A stretch of 64,000 bases of DNA from the human T2T-CHM13v2.0 reference genome, Homo sapiens. Under the pieces are notes generated by a model. The model saw only the letters and a list, made by a program, of their open reading frames with translations, was not told the origin of the DNA and did not search any database. This document shows positions 41,028 to 61,089 of this stretch, piece by piece. A program made the position numbers and the translations under genes. The stretch lies in assembly GCF_009914755.1 (NCBI RefSeq), contig NC_060925.1, one strand, 5' to 3'. Each line of letters starts with the position of its first letter. Within the stretch, counting starts at the first letter, position 1.

Positions 41028-43010
41028 TCATCTTGTGGAATTTAACTACCATAGTCTCAGCTCGAGCAGTGAGAAGTCCAGCTAGACTGTCTTCACCTCA
41101 CCTACACTTCCTAGCTTTCTTCTATTCCCTGTCCTCCCCAGATTTTCACATAAGTGTCTACGCATGAATGCATACTGACAACCTTTAAATTCCTATAATA
41201 AAAATGGTTTCATCACAAAAAGACCAACAAAACTAAATAACCTTTGTTACTGCTACTACCAGGAGAGTGGATAATAGAGAAGAAAACCGACTAAATCACT
41301 TTTCAGGACGAGAAGGAGAGAGCCTCTGCACCTCTGAAACAAAGTGTCAACTACAGGACAGCCAATGAAACAGGCTGCATCAGCCAAAACCAGAGCAGAC
41401 ACACCCCATTATTCATCTGACCCAAATGAACACTTCCCCCCTCCATCTTTCCTACAAAAAGTCACCACAAATAAACTTGCTACTGTCAAAACGACCAAAG
41501 ACCAGCGCAGTAGGAAAGGGTGCTGAAGTTGATCCCAGTACACTGTTAGAAGTCCATGGCAAACATCACCGTCTTTGTTTTCCAACATGTCACTATCCAA
41601 GCTCTTTGCTTCTCCCACTAAATCTTTAGCTTTTTCATCCATTTGACATCTCTACCAGATTTGAACAAGGGCATGGAGAGAAATGAAGTTGAAAGCAGAT
41701 GGTTTTACTCCTGGATTCTTGCACACTGCTCAGTGATGTGGTGGAATGCAATATGGAAGTGGGAACAGCACGAGAATGAAGGCAGGCTTTGCCACTCTGA
41801 CTAGCTCTGTGACCTTGGCAATCCACTCGATCTTTCTGAGCCTTGAAATGCTCGTCGGTAAATGGAGGGGGGTGGAGTTGGATTAGATAATCTTTAACAT
41901 GCTTTCCAGTTCTAAAATGCCAGGTTTTAACTGCTGAAAGACCAATGATGTGAGGGGGATGGGTGGTTGGTGTGGTGGTTTTTATTTTATTTTAAATTAT
42001 ATGTGAATTTAATTACGCAAGTGCCCCTTGGACCACTATAACTGCAGAACAAAAAGTAGACTGAACTAGCCAGGGGCTCTGAGGACCTACAGTGCAGTCT
42101 TAGCAGTTCTCTAAAGAAGAGATTAAAAGCTGTAGACTGACAGTAGGAGGGAGGAAGAAAACCTGTTTCAGAGCTGGAGCAGCTGCCTCACTGACAGTTA
42201 AAGGACTTCAAGTTAATCGAGTTTTCTTTTGTAATTAATACAACAGCATCTGCATATGGGCTGCCAGAAGGTAACAGCATGGCTTCTCAGCTGGCTCACA
42301 TTAACCCTGCCAACTCTGGCTGGAGGAAAAATCATATCAAATTGTCTTAAGTGCAAACCAAGGCTTCTGTTGTTGTTGTTGTTCTTGGTGGTTGTTCTTA
42401 AATACAGATTTTGATTTTTGTTTACTTCTAAACAAAAGTTTCAAGCTAGATGGAAGAGAAGAACAACTAAAGCAGCAACCTATTTTGGTTTTTGTTTTAC
42501 ATAACATTTATTGAGCCCTTTCTATGTATTGATCACTTTATTTGCTTCATTTCATTTAATGCTCACAATTCTACAAGACAAGGACTATTATTAACTCCAT
42601 TTAAAAATGAAGAAATGGACCAGGCATGGTGGCTCACGCCTATAATCCCAGGACTTTGGGAGGCCGACATGGATGGATGGATGGAGCTCAGAAGTGCGAG
42701 ACCAGCCTGGGCAACAAAGGGAGCAACCCCCGCCGTGCCTTTGTTTCTACTAAAAATTTTAAAAAATCAGCTAGGCATGGTGATGTACTACTCAGGAGGC
42801 TGAGGTGTGAAGACTCCTTGACCCTGGGGAGGTCGAGGCTGCAGTGATCTGTGATCACGCTACTGTGAGACTCTCCTGGGTGAGTCACCTGCCTCACAAA
42901 ATAATAATAATAAAGATGAGGAAATGGATGCTCAAAAAACCAAACCAGGCTGGGCGTAGTGGTTCATGCCTGTAATCTCAGCACTTTGGGAGGCCAAGGC
43001 AGGTGGATCA

Positions 43011-43253
<243 letters not shown>

Positions 43254-43752
43254 TCAGGTTTCTCCATTTCTCTCAGCAGTGAACTGCAGAGCTCTGGGGG
43301 CCAGTAGACAATGACCCCTACGCCACATTGTTTTCCAGTCTGGGGTCAAATGCAATTTAGTAACTGTAGGACCTCAATGTAAAGCAGACTGATACAATCC
43401 CTATGAAAGTTGCCCCAAACCATGAGGAATAAAGCATATGGAGAAAACCGCAGCATTACCACTGGCTGGTACACACTTTCAAAAAATGTTATTCTACCTG
43501 AGATCTCTAAAGTCTCTTTGCTAAAAGAAACAGTAGGCTCTTTTCAGAGAAATTCTTAGTGCTCTGCTCAACAGTCAGTGTGTATTACTGTTTGGGTGAC
43601 TACTCTGAAAAGAGAAGATGGGAGGGAGGAAATACTCGTGACCTGTTTCTGTTGCTAGTGACTCTTTAAGATAGATACTTTATTTAAATTGTTTTTGGGG
43701 TAATGTCAATCGATTTGTAGCAACACATTCTCCTTCTTGCCTATTTTCCATC

Positions 43753-44670
<918 letters not shown>

Positions 44671-44930
44671 CAATCAATAATACATACTCGTGAAAGGTAA
44701 CTGAAGGCTCTTAAGGTACAGTCTATGTCCAAGGTAGGGAAGGCACTACAAAAGTTGGTGAAATAGAAAATGCTTTTGCTTTATTATACTCCTGCAGCTC
44801 ATAAAGTTAACATGGACTTCAAAGTTAATTCAGGTCTCAACAGAGTTATTACTGCAATACTTGTTCCTGGTACCCAAGGATTTCCCTCCTTCAGTAGTTT
44901 TAAAAATCTCACTTTTTTTTTTTTTTTTAA

Positions 44931-45119
<189 letters not shown>

Positions 45120-45193
45120 TAGCATGATCTTGGGTCATAGCAACCTCCACCTCCCTGGTTCAAGCAATTCCTGTGCCTCAGCCTCCCAAGTAG

Positions 45194-45346
<153 letters not shown>

Positions 45347-45373
45347 TAATTTTTTTTTTTTTTTTTTGTATAG

Positions 45374-45550
<177 letters not shown>

Positions 45551-46399
45551 TGAAAGTGAATGAAAAACAAAGGATTTTTATAGTTAACTGAGGCAACCAG
45601 TGACACAAAGATGCATTTCCACAAATAGGTAGTGATGTTTTATTTCTTACTATCTATACCAAAAGTAGAGAAAAGAACAAATCCTAAATTGAGAAAGTAA
45701 TCTTATATAGTCTTTCTACTACAGTCAATTCTACCACAAGCTTCAAAGTACTAAGCTACAAAAATTCCAGGGACTGAGACAGAAAAAATTCAGTCTAGAA
45801 ATATTTATTTATTCTTCCTAAACAAGCTCTCTGACCTTCAGCTAAATTTTAAAGACTGACACAGAAGGCACCCTCATTTAAGGCAAACAGATGCTTAGGT
45901 AGTCTGGCTTTCAGAATCTTCAGGACCAAGTAGTACACGCTATTTCTTTGGAAGGGGATGGTTATTGAAGATTAGAGACTGAAATGCACTCTAGTAGGCA
46001 AAGCTCTCGCTGGAATCGGAAAAGTCAAGTTGGCAGAAGTCTCTCTAAAGTTATTCTATGTCAGGACCACGTTAAGATCTCTCACAGCTTTTAAGAAGCA
46101 GATAGTATTGGCACCGGGGGAGAGGAGACCGCCTCCCTAGGGGCTGATACTCCCTGGGAGCCACGTGAAATGGGAACGCACTCAGCAGCATGCTGAACAA
46201 GCTCCTTTCTGGGTGAAACTGCTCCTGAGACTGGTCACACTACCGAGGGAACAGAATCACAGCTGGCAGTTGAGGCTTTAACGTATGGGACGCAGAGATG
46301 GAAGTAGTTCCTTGAAGGAAGCCAACCCCATGCTTTACAGAGGGCTTAGTTTCTGGCATTTGGAACGCAGTGTATAACAGTTTATAAGCATTACCAATG

Positions 46400-47870
<1,471 letters not shown>

Positions 47871-48256
47871 TTTTTAGGATCCAAATATATACCTAGCAAA
47901 GCGTATCCAGCTCTTGATCTCAGAGGAAAGAGATCAAGAGATAGGATTTTACTTGACAAGAAAAACCAGCCGGAAAAAAAAAAAATACATCAAATACAGC
48001 AATAACAGGATTTGAACAACAACAGTTTCTTCACTGTCTCCACTTTTGCCCTGCACATTACCTTCCATCCCATCAATCTTCCTGTGATGTTTACTATTGC
48101 TTGTTCAGAGTCTGGGGAGTTCAAGGCACTGATCTAAGCAAGTAGTTTAGGATCAGACTTAGAATCCAAATCCACAAGTCTAAGCAGTATAGACCAACAT
48201 GATGCTCCAGTATAGAACAGTCTGATGAAAGTTACCTGTAACCATCAGGTTCATTA

Positions 48257-48676
<420 letters not shown>

Positions 48677-49192
48677 CTACTTTTATCCTATACCAACAAA
48701 CCACTTTTCCAAGTTAAAGCAGCAAAACTTTTCCAATTCTCTCCATGGGACAGAACCAGAAGAGCATGTCAGTTGTTCAATCAGGAGAAAGTGAAAGAGG
48801 TTTCCTCAGTGGGGTTCTTATATACTAAAAAATAAGAATGACTTTTCTTTACTAGCTATATTCCCCCACATTCCTCCTTGCACCTAGATATCGCCATAAT
48901 ATTAAACGCTAAGGCTAGAGTATATCATATGGAATATTCCTAAAACGTAAACTCCATACTGGTTCATTCTCACTGTCCCTCTCATTTGAATAGAAAGAGC
49001 TTTTATTTAAAATAGTCTTGTAACCTAGCTGCATTTGTGATAGGGCCTTAGTCTTTGCTCTGGCAAGTTTGACTTGATTTAAAAAAAACAAAAACAAAAA
49101 AACCCTGGGAAATTCTCTCCCCATTAAATAGACTAGAAAATATTAAAAAAAAGATCTAAACTGAAATTTGTCTGGCATAAATAAGGCACTAA

Positions 49193-49336
<144 letters not shown>

Positions 49337-50563
49337 TGATGAAACTAAAGTTAGACACTTTGAGGATGAAAGTACTTTTTTAAAATAAGTGGAATTTTTT
49401 TAAAAAATCAAAGGCTTTTATAAATATATAACCTAGACATAATTATTTGGGACAATTCTGATGTATCATTAGTTAGACAAGTGAAAAGCAAAACAATCCT
49501 CAAGTCCTACTCCCATCATCCTGCCCAGAGCACACCACCTCAGGGAATGGAAGCATGTTATAATAAAGCCCAACTCCAAAGAAAGCGGTGGTCAAAAGGT
49601 TCCCACAGCCACGTGGCACACAGCTGGGGAATATATCCAAACTGCTCACACTGCCTAGAGAAGAAAATAGAAAAACACACTGCCTGTGATGGGCACTTCA
49701 ACCAGAACCCACAGGGGATACTGATGAGTCTCCATGCTCTGACCAACTTTCCCTCCAAGAGTTTTGGTTTGGACTTTGGAGGAACATTACGCATAAGGGA
49801 GCTTTCTCAGAGAGTCTCATTTATAGCTCAAAGCAAGGAGACACATATCTTAAGCATTTCTACATCTGTTCTCCTCTGGTCATGTAAGTGTCAAGTTCCA
49901 GGTTCCATAGGATCACCAAACTCCCTGTGTGACAAAGAACTGAATCAACCTCCAAGCCTGGGAATGGCCTATACTGAGACTGGACATCCTCCCACGGCAC
50001 TCCAGTCAGAGCTCTGTGAGGTAAAATAGAAAAACTGCACCCCCACGTGGACTCGCCCTCTGTAGTCTTGTTATGAATGACACTACTCAGATTCCCTGCA
50101 CCATGTAGGAAGCAAACCCCGTCATCCCTAGAGGCTATTTTCCTGTAAGAAGGAGCAAATTAACCTTAGGTTTTACAACCATAACCAAAAAAACCACATC
50201 CACCCATAGCTCGTAGTTTTCCTACCGGCTTCTCTGTAACTTCTAAGAAAGACAGAAATGAAAGAAGCTCTAATAGTAATCTTCATAAATGCATTCTGCA
50301 TTTGAACCACAAAAACGAGATGATATAATTTTTCCATCAAAGAGAAAATAGGCTGATTTTCCTCTACTGTCAGAAAGTGGGCAGAACATTTCAACTCTTA
50401 TTCTTTTTTTTAATGAGACAGAGTCTCGCTCTGTCACCTTGGCTGGAGTGCAGTGGTGCAATCTCGGCTGGTTGCAAACTTCGCCTCCTGGGTTCAAGAG
50501 ATCCTCCTGCCTCACCCTCCCAAGTAGCTGGGATTACAGGCGCCTACCACCGCGACCAGATGA

Positions 50564-50713
<150 letters not shown>

Positions 50714-51221
50714 TAATCGAGATGGGGTTTCGCCATGTTGGCCAGGTTGGTCTTGAACTCCTCACCGCAGGTGATCTGCCCACTTCGGCCTCCCAAAGTG
50801 CTGGGATTACAGGTGTGAGCCACTGCGTCCGGCCTCAACTCCTATTCTTATCAATGCCATTTAATCTTACAATTTTCCATATGCCCTACACTCCTACCCA
50901 CTCAAAGACAACTAATGATTAAGTAGGTAACCAATTTGTAGAAAATCCTCTGGGAGAGACATGATGAAACACTAATCCTTTTTTCCTTCATAACATCAAT
51001 TTGGAATTAATAATCTCAGTTAGTTGGACAGAGTGGTTCACCAATGCGTGTCCTGTGCCTAGTACAGAGTCAGGCATTAAATAAAGGTTTGCTGAGTGAA
51101 TGAATATTAAGAATTTACTTCCCATATCATGGTGAAGCTCAGGTCTACTGGTATTGCATGCAAGTCATTCTTTGGAACATGAAAATAATTCTTTGGGATA
51201 CTGGCACAGAATGCAACTGCA

Positions 51222-51785
<564 letters not shown>

Positions 51786-52036
51786 AGAATGCAACTGCAG
51801 CCTAACTAGTCACCTATGAAATGCATATCATTGTTCTTTTTTAGGGGCCCAGAGAGTAAAATGTGTGTGAATTTACAAAAATCCTTATGTTCTATGGGGC
51901 CAAAAAAAACGCCCTTCCAAGGAAGGAATTAAATTGCATTTAATTTCAAAACATCATTCCAATATCCACCAGCTGTGGAAATAATTTAACAGATATTTAT
52001 TTGCCCATTATGTACAAAGCACTATGGTAGGCACTA

Positions 52037-53155
<1,119 letters not shown>

Positions 53156-53851
53156 GAAAGAAAAGAAAGTAAATAAAGGCATAATCTGTATGAGCAGAGC
53201 CTATATTAACTGAGTAACAGGTATAAGGTAAAATTCATATTCCCCTTTATTTCTGTAACTTTTTTTTAGGTTTTATTCTGAAAGGATTGTTTTTGAGAAG
53301 TGCATTTATTGGAGAAAGATTCCCTGTTCTCTTAACCTAGTAAAACAGAGAACAGAAGCATGGAGAAAGAAAAGGAGAAAGTAGACAGAGCAAAACAAAA
53401 TATAAAAACCAGATTGGATTTTTATTTAAATCCATGCCTTCTGTAAAAACTACTTGCAAGGCTGAAGAACTAACCATACTGAAATCAGTAATGACTTTTA
53501 AGACTAAACATATTGCAAATTATAATAAGCTTAAAGGCAATAATATTTTCTCTTTTAAAAGCAGGCAGGATGGGCATGGGAGCTCACGCCTGTAATCCCA
53601 GCACCTTGGGAGGCCAAGGTGGCCAGATCACTTGAGGCCAGGAGTTCAACATCAGCCTGGCCAAAACGGTGAAACCCCGTCTCTACCAAAAAAAAAAAAT
53701 AGCCAGGTGTGGTTCGCGCGTGCCTGCAGTCCCAGCTACTTGGGAGGCTGAGGTAGGAGAATCATTTTTATCTAGGAGGCAGAGGTTGCAGTGAGCCAAG
53801 ATCCAGCCTGGGCAACAAGAGTGAGACTGTCTCAAAAAATAAAATAAGAAA

Positions 53852-53959
53852 AGGAGAGGGGAGGGGAGGGGTAGGGTAGGGAAGGGGAGGGGAGGGGAGG
53901 GGTACGGTAGGGAAGGGGAGGGGAGAGGAGGGGAGGGGAGGGGAGGGGAAGGGAGGGGG
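53852..53959 (+). repeat. G-rich (GGGGA)n tract derived from Alu tail
   Basis: Many G3-G4 runs separated by 1-2 nt. Confidence 0.9.
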
Positions 53960-54814
53960 CAGAATTTCCCAATGTTTTTTAATAGCAAGCTGACCAGCTG
54001 GGCAAGGTGGCTCATGCCTGTAATCCCAGTGCTTTGGGAGGCCGAGGCAGGTGGATCACCTGAGGTCAGGAGTTCCAGACCAGCCTGACCAATATGGTGA
54101 AACCTTGACTCTACTAAAAATACAAAAATTATCTGGGCATGGTGGTGTGTGCCTGTAGCCCCAGCTACTTGGGAGGTTGAGACAGGAGAAATGCTTGAAC
54201 CGGGAGGCAGAGGTTGCAGTGAGCTAAGATCATGCCACTGCACTCCAGCCTGGGCAACAGAGCGAGACTCTGTCTCAAAACAACAACAACAAAAACAGCA
54301 GGCAGACCTGTACCATGGGAAACAGATTACCCCCGGAAAGGAAGATTCGGAAGGAGAAAGGCCAGAAGGGGAAAGGGTGCAAAGAGCCACTGTGGTTAGG
54401 GAGGCCATTTCCTCCCAGGGAGCAGGAGATAGCAAGATCAGCAACAAGGGGCCTGATGCCCTAAATGTCAGGGAGTGGAAACTAGAATAAGAGCCTGAGT
54501 AGGTAGTGCCACATTATACTCATTCAATCAGATAGTCTCCCACTCAGTAAATGACAGTTCCATACAAGCTGTGGAGCCTGGGTGACGACTCATCTGTAAC
54601 AGAGTCTCTTTACTGCCAGGGTGTATTTTGTATTCCCATGGTCAGGTCAGAAAAGAACAAAGGAAGAGCCGCAGAAGCAGAATTGGACTGGGAGCCTAGA
54701 GACTCGGGCCTAAATCTGCCTCTAGCTCAAAACTGTTCTGTCCCACATTCCAGCTTTCTGTTCCTCTCATTCTTCTGCGAACCCCATGTTCCAACTTTCT
54801 AAATCAATGCTCAC

Positions 54815-54853
<39 letters not shown>

Positions 54854-54959
54854 CCACTCAAACAGCCATATATATTTAGCATTAATTATATGCCTGTGCT
54901 TTAAGGTATATTATCTCCAAATGTCACAACTTTGTAAGGCAGGTATTATCACTCCCATT

Positions 54960-55235
54960 TTATTTATTTATTGAGATATAATTCACCCCTTTTAAGTGTA
55001 CAATTCAGTGGCTTTTAGAATGTTCACAAAGTTGTACAAGTATCATCACTATTTAATTCCAGAGCACTCTCATCTCCTCCCAGAAAAATTCCATACCCAT
55101 TAGCAGTCACCCCTTATTTGCTCATTTTCTTCTCCCCACATCTCCTAGCAACCACTAATCTACTTTCTATCTCTATGAATTTGCCTATTTTGGATATTTC
55201 ATATCAATGGAATCATACAATATGTGGCATTGTGT
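54960..55235 (-). mobile_element. L1MB-type 3' end inserted into a MIR
   Basis: TTTATTGAGATATAATTCAC...AAGTGTACAATTCAGTGG...CAACCACTAATCTACTTTCT; flanking repeat ACTCCCATT. Confidence 0.75.
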
Positions 55236-55785
55236 ATTACTCCCATTATATATATGAAGAACCCAAGATTCAAATAGGTTAAGTAACTTGCCCCAAGTCA
55301 CACAGTTAAAAAGAGAATGCACTAGAATAGGAACCTAGGTTTCATTCAAATGCTATGCTTGCTTTTGGCCACTGAATGCTGCTTCCATGAGGGAAGAAAA
55401 TTAAGAAAGAAAGACCAAGTTTTGGATATACTTGGAAAAATGGGATTTTGTTAATCTAAGGTATTACCTTAGAATAGATTATCTTTTATTAAAAGTAATA
55501 ACCAAAACTACAGCACTATCTTTACTGAGCTTATGTTGAAATGCACTGGCAACTCTTCTAAACAGATGATAGCAAACTACCACAGAGTACACCCATCCCA
55601 GTCTCAGCACTGCTGTCACTGTGCTCCACCTCACAATCCCAGCTTCTCCCCACCCCTAAGCCCCATAAAGATGACAGCTCTATAAAATGAAGCTCTAAAG
55701 AATCTCCTCTTTCCCAACTTTTCATCCCTTCCCCAAATGTCACTCTGCCACTTAAACTTACTTATCATACAAATTTCTAAGATGA

Positions 55786-56091
<306 letters not shown>

Positions 56092-56888
56092 TGAGTGAGC
56101 CACCGCGCCCAGCCGAAAATGCCTATTTTAAATAAGTACACTAGTGCTTTTCCCCTTCTTTTAAATGCTGGCACATTTAAAAGGTGTGACAAAAAGAAGG
56201 TGAAGAATGTTGGAGAAACATAGCTGTAAGCTCACCAAAGGCAAAGAGCTATAAAAAAAACCTGAGAATTATAACTCATATAAAATGCTTATAACCTCCC
56301 TTAGCATTCTGCTTTTTTATGTACGTGTTTTATGTGTTGCACACGTATATGGTTTAGATTAGATTATACCTTTCTAGAGGACCAAGTTCAGGTCTTCTTA
56401 GACCTTTTTAATCCATCATCAAACATAAATGATTATTGATGATAATTATAATTATTTTTTCTTTCTTAAAAGTATAGAAGGGAAAGACTGATCTTCACTG
56501 GCCTAAGGCCAAGGCCAATGTCTTTATTTGACTCTTTATCCCCCATACGCAGCACATTGCTCAGTACATACCAGGCACTCAGGTATTTATTGAATAATAG
56601 CTAATACTTACATAGCACCTTAGCAGGCACTGGTTTTTTTTGTTTTTTTTTTTAGTTTTTTTTTTTTGAGACAGAGTCTCGCTCTGTCGCCCAGGCTAGA
56701 GTGCAATGGTGCAATCTCGGCTCACCAAAACCTCCGCCTCCCGGGTTCAAGCGATTCTCCTGCCTCAGACTCCTGAGTAGCTGGGATTACAGGCATGCAC
56801 CACCATGCCCGGCTAATTTTGTATTTTTAGTAGACATGGGGTTTCTCCATGTTGGTCAGGCTGGTCTCAACCTCTTGACCTCAGGTGA

Positions 56889-57080
<192 letters not shown>

Positions 57081-57172
57081 TAGCTGGCATACAGGCACCT
57101 GCCACCCTGCCCGGCTAATTTTTGTATTTTTAGTAGAGATAGGGTCAGGCTGGTCTCAAACTCCTGACCTCA

Positions 57173-57762
<590 letters not shown>

Positions 57763-58020
57763 TAAAATTGAGAGGCTTATGACAAATTGCAACAGCTAGG
57801 AACTTTACTGGATAATAAAACAAGAAAAATACTTTCCCATGCCGGGCACAGTGGCTCATGCCTGTAATCCCAGCACTTTGGGAGGCCAAGGCAGGCAGAT
57901 CGCTTGAGGTCAGGAGTTTGAGACCAGCCTGGCCAACACGGTAAAACCCTGTCTCTACTAAAAATACAAAAACAAAATTAGCTGGGCCTGGTGGCAGGCG
58001 CCTATAGTCCCAGCTACTCA

Positions 58021-58173
<153 letters not shown>

Positions 58174-61089
58174 CTACTCTTAATACTCCACCCTGCCTTT
58201 CCTCAGAAGTGCTCAAAGCCTTTATTTATGTATTTATTTATTTATTTTTTGAGACAGAGTTTCGCTCTTCTTGCCCAGGCTGGAGTGCAATGGCGTGATT
58301 TCGGCTCACCACAACCTCCACCTCCCACATTCAAGTGATTCTCCTGCCTCAGCCTTCCCCAGCAGCTGGGATTACAGGCATGTGCCACCATGCCCAGCTA
58401 ATTTTTTTGGATTTTTAATAGAGACGGGGTTTCTCCATGTTGGCCAGGCTGGTCTCCAACTCCCAACCTCAGGTGATCCACCCACCTCAGCCTCCCAAAG
58501 TGCTGGGATTACAGGTGTGAGCCACCGCACCCAGCCTTACTTTTTAAATTCTAAAATATCATGTACATTACATATTCTCTACACTGACCCCAGTGAATTC
58601 AGAACTATAAAATGTTAGAGGCAAATATTATTTTGGGGTCCTTTACTCTTTTGTGGGTGAAAGTGAGACAATAAAAATTTTTGGTATCATATGGCATTAC
58701 AAATGGTATATAGACATGAAAATTGTTTTACTATTGTTACCATACTTATACTCCAATCATTTCAAATTTAGAGTTAATCCCTGGTCTTCTTTCAGTTGCT
58801 CAAATACCATACTACATCAACCTAGAGGCACAGTTCCATTCTGAAATGATGCTTAAAACCTACAGGTTTGTTAGGGTAAGAATTGAGTGTTCCTTCAACA
58901 CCCAAGTTCCTATTAATCAGAGACTAACATTCATAAAAGAAAGTTGAGGACTGGGTGTGGTGGCTGATTACTGTAATTCCAGCACTTTGGGAGGTTGAGT
59001 TGGAAGGATCGTTTGAGGCCATGAGTTTGAGACCAGCCTGGGCAACAAAGTGAGACCCCATCTTTACAAAAAATTTAAAAAAGAAAGTTGAGACAGTCTC
59101 TGAATAACTTGACCTTACAAAGATGGCCTGTAAATGGGGAGAACAAGAGCTAGTTGTCTTTTTAGGAGTGATTTCTACTTTCTGACATGACCACCTAAAC
59201 AGCTAGGAAAATGCATCCCTCAAATATACATATTAAGTGTCCCTTCACTAACTTTCCTTGGTGCATTTTTACCCCCAAACTCTCCACGCTGAAAGGAAGA
59301 AAAGCATTTTATGGAACAAAACCAAATTGCTCCCACTCCTGCCATCTGCACCCTCCCAGGTTTTTATCTGGGATGGACAGACTCCCGATGGTGAAGAGAG
59401 TTAAATACGCAAAGATCAGTTCATGATGCAGTCAACTGGAAAAGCCAATGAAGTGAAATGCAAAGGTATATTTGTATGTCTTAAGTTGTTTTTTAAAGAA
59501 TAAAAACAACAGCCAACCAAAGTGCCTTGAAAACCTCCATCTCTCTGAGGTTAATCAATTCTCTTTGTTTTAGAAGCAAGTCTAAAATAAATAGTTGTTT
59601 TAAAATAAAAACAGCAATAAAGGGCTTTTTAAGATAAGCTGTGAGAGAAACTTCCGAGCAGGAGACACCTCTGGAAAGCACTGTTATGGGTGCGGGTGAA
59701 AGTACACATTCTGGGGATCGTCTCAGAAAACATTAGCCCTTCCCATCAGCTGTTTTCTGGTAGCCTCACAGATACTGGTTCTCTCTACAAGTCCATTCCA
59801 GGACAGTATATTTCTGGACGTAAGATGTCAAAGACACAACTTCAGAAAAACTAGTCATCCCCCTCCTTTTATGTTACAAGGTAAAATAAGGCTTTTTAAA
59901 TTCCTATCCAAACCAACTAAATGGAACGGTATCATTTAGGACCCTGTCATGATCTTAGTATCTTATTTTTATCACCATTTCTGGATTCCCAGTCGGATGT
60001 AGGATATTAAGCGCAAAACTTTGGGAATATAAGACCTAACACGCAAAGTCAGAACAATTCATCCAGTTCTAAGCCTTGTGTTCAAATTTGCTATGAGCAT
60101 CTAAATTCATGGTTCTGAAAGTATTTTAACGGACCACCTGCATCACCTTCCCCAGTGTCTTTTATTATTACTATTATTATTATTATTATTATTATTGAGA
60201 CAGAGTCTTGCTCCGTCGCACAGGGTGGAGTGCAGTGGCACAATCTCTGCTCACTGCAACCTCCGCCGCCTGGTTTCAAACGATTCTCCTGCCTCAGCCT
60301 CCCCAGTGGCTGAGATTACAGGCCTCAACCACCACACCTGGCTAGTTTCTTATATTTTTGGTAGAGACGGGGTTTCACCATGTTGGCCAGGCTGGTCCCG
60401 AATTCCTGACCTCAAGTGATCCGCCCCGCCTCTGCCTCCCAAAGTGCTGGGATTACAGACGTGAGCCACCGCGCCCGGCCTCTTCAGGGTCTTTTCATGT
60501 TAAATTAGATTCTTAGGACCCACTTCACACACCTATTCAATAGGAATTTATGAGCTAGAGCACGAGACATGGCATTTTTAATACGCCCCTGGGGTGAGTT
60601 TAATACGCACTTTAGTTTGAGAATCACTAAATTAAACCCACAGACTTCTTTGCTGTTTTGTCCCCAAGATATCTATCTACGTGGAATGTCAGTCCCTTCT
60701 CCCTTCCAATCTAATTTCCTAATTAGACGCAGTAGTTAACAAATCCTCCAGTTCCCCACCAACAGCAGTTTAAAAGGAAGCAAGACGTTAGGAAAGATTA
60801 AAGACTGCACGATTTTAAGTGTTTGGGGGCCTCTGGCACATCCTAGAAAGAATCATGCAAGAAAGAACAAGAGTAGCTAGTTCTCCATTGGCTCAGGACC
60901 AAAATGATCCCTTCCCTCTCTTCTTCACCTTAAGCATGAGCAACATCTCTGGCAATTCCGTGGCACCCATCAGATATGATTTCCTCTGGCGACCCCCAAC
61001 CCTATTTAGAGAATGTCCCCTCTTCACAGAGCTGCCTCATGATTGGTGTGAACACATTTCACATACATCATCAAACCCACACACCCGAC

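Noticed and set aside
46125-46148. Possible CTCF site (CCTCCCTAGGGGCTG)
   Set aside because: Spacing is one G short of the core consensus.
49481-50029. 182-codon plus-strand ORF in non-repeat intron 1 DNA
   Set aside because: GTG start, no recognisable similarity or supporting promoter/poly(A) signals; compatible with chance, though PhyloCSF would settle it.
53683-54447. 254-aa ORF (also 52034..52618, 56701..57177 and dozens of similar ones)
   Set aside because: Translations of Alu sequence ([25 protein letters not shown]) and simple repeats.
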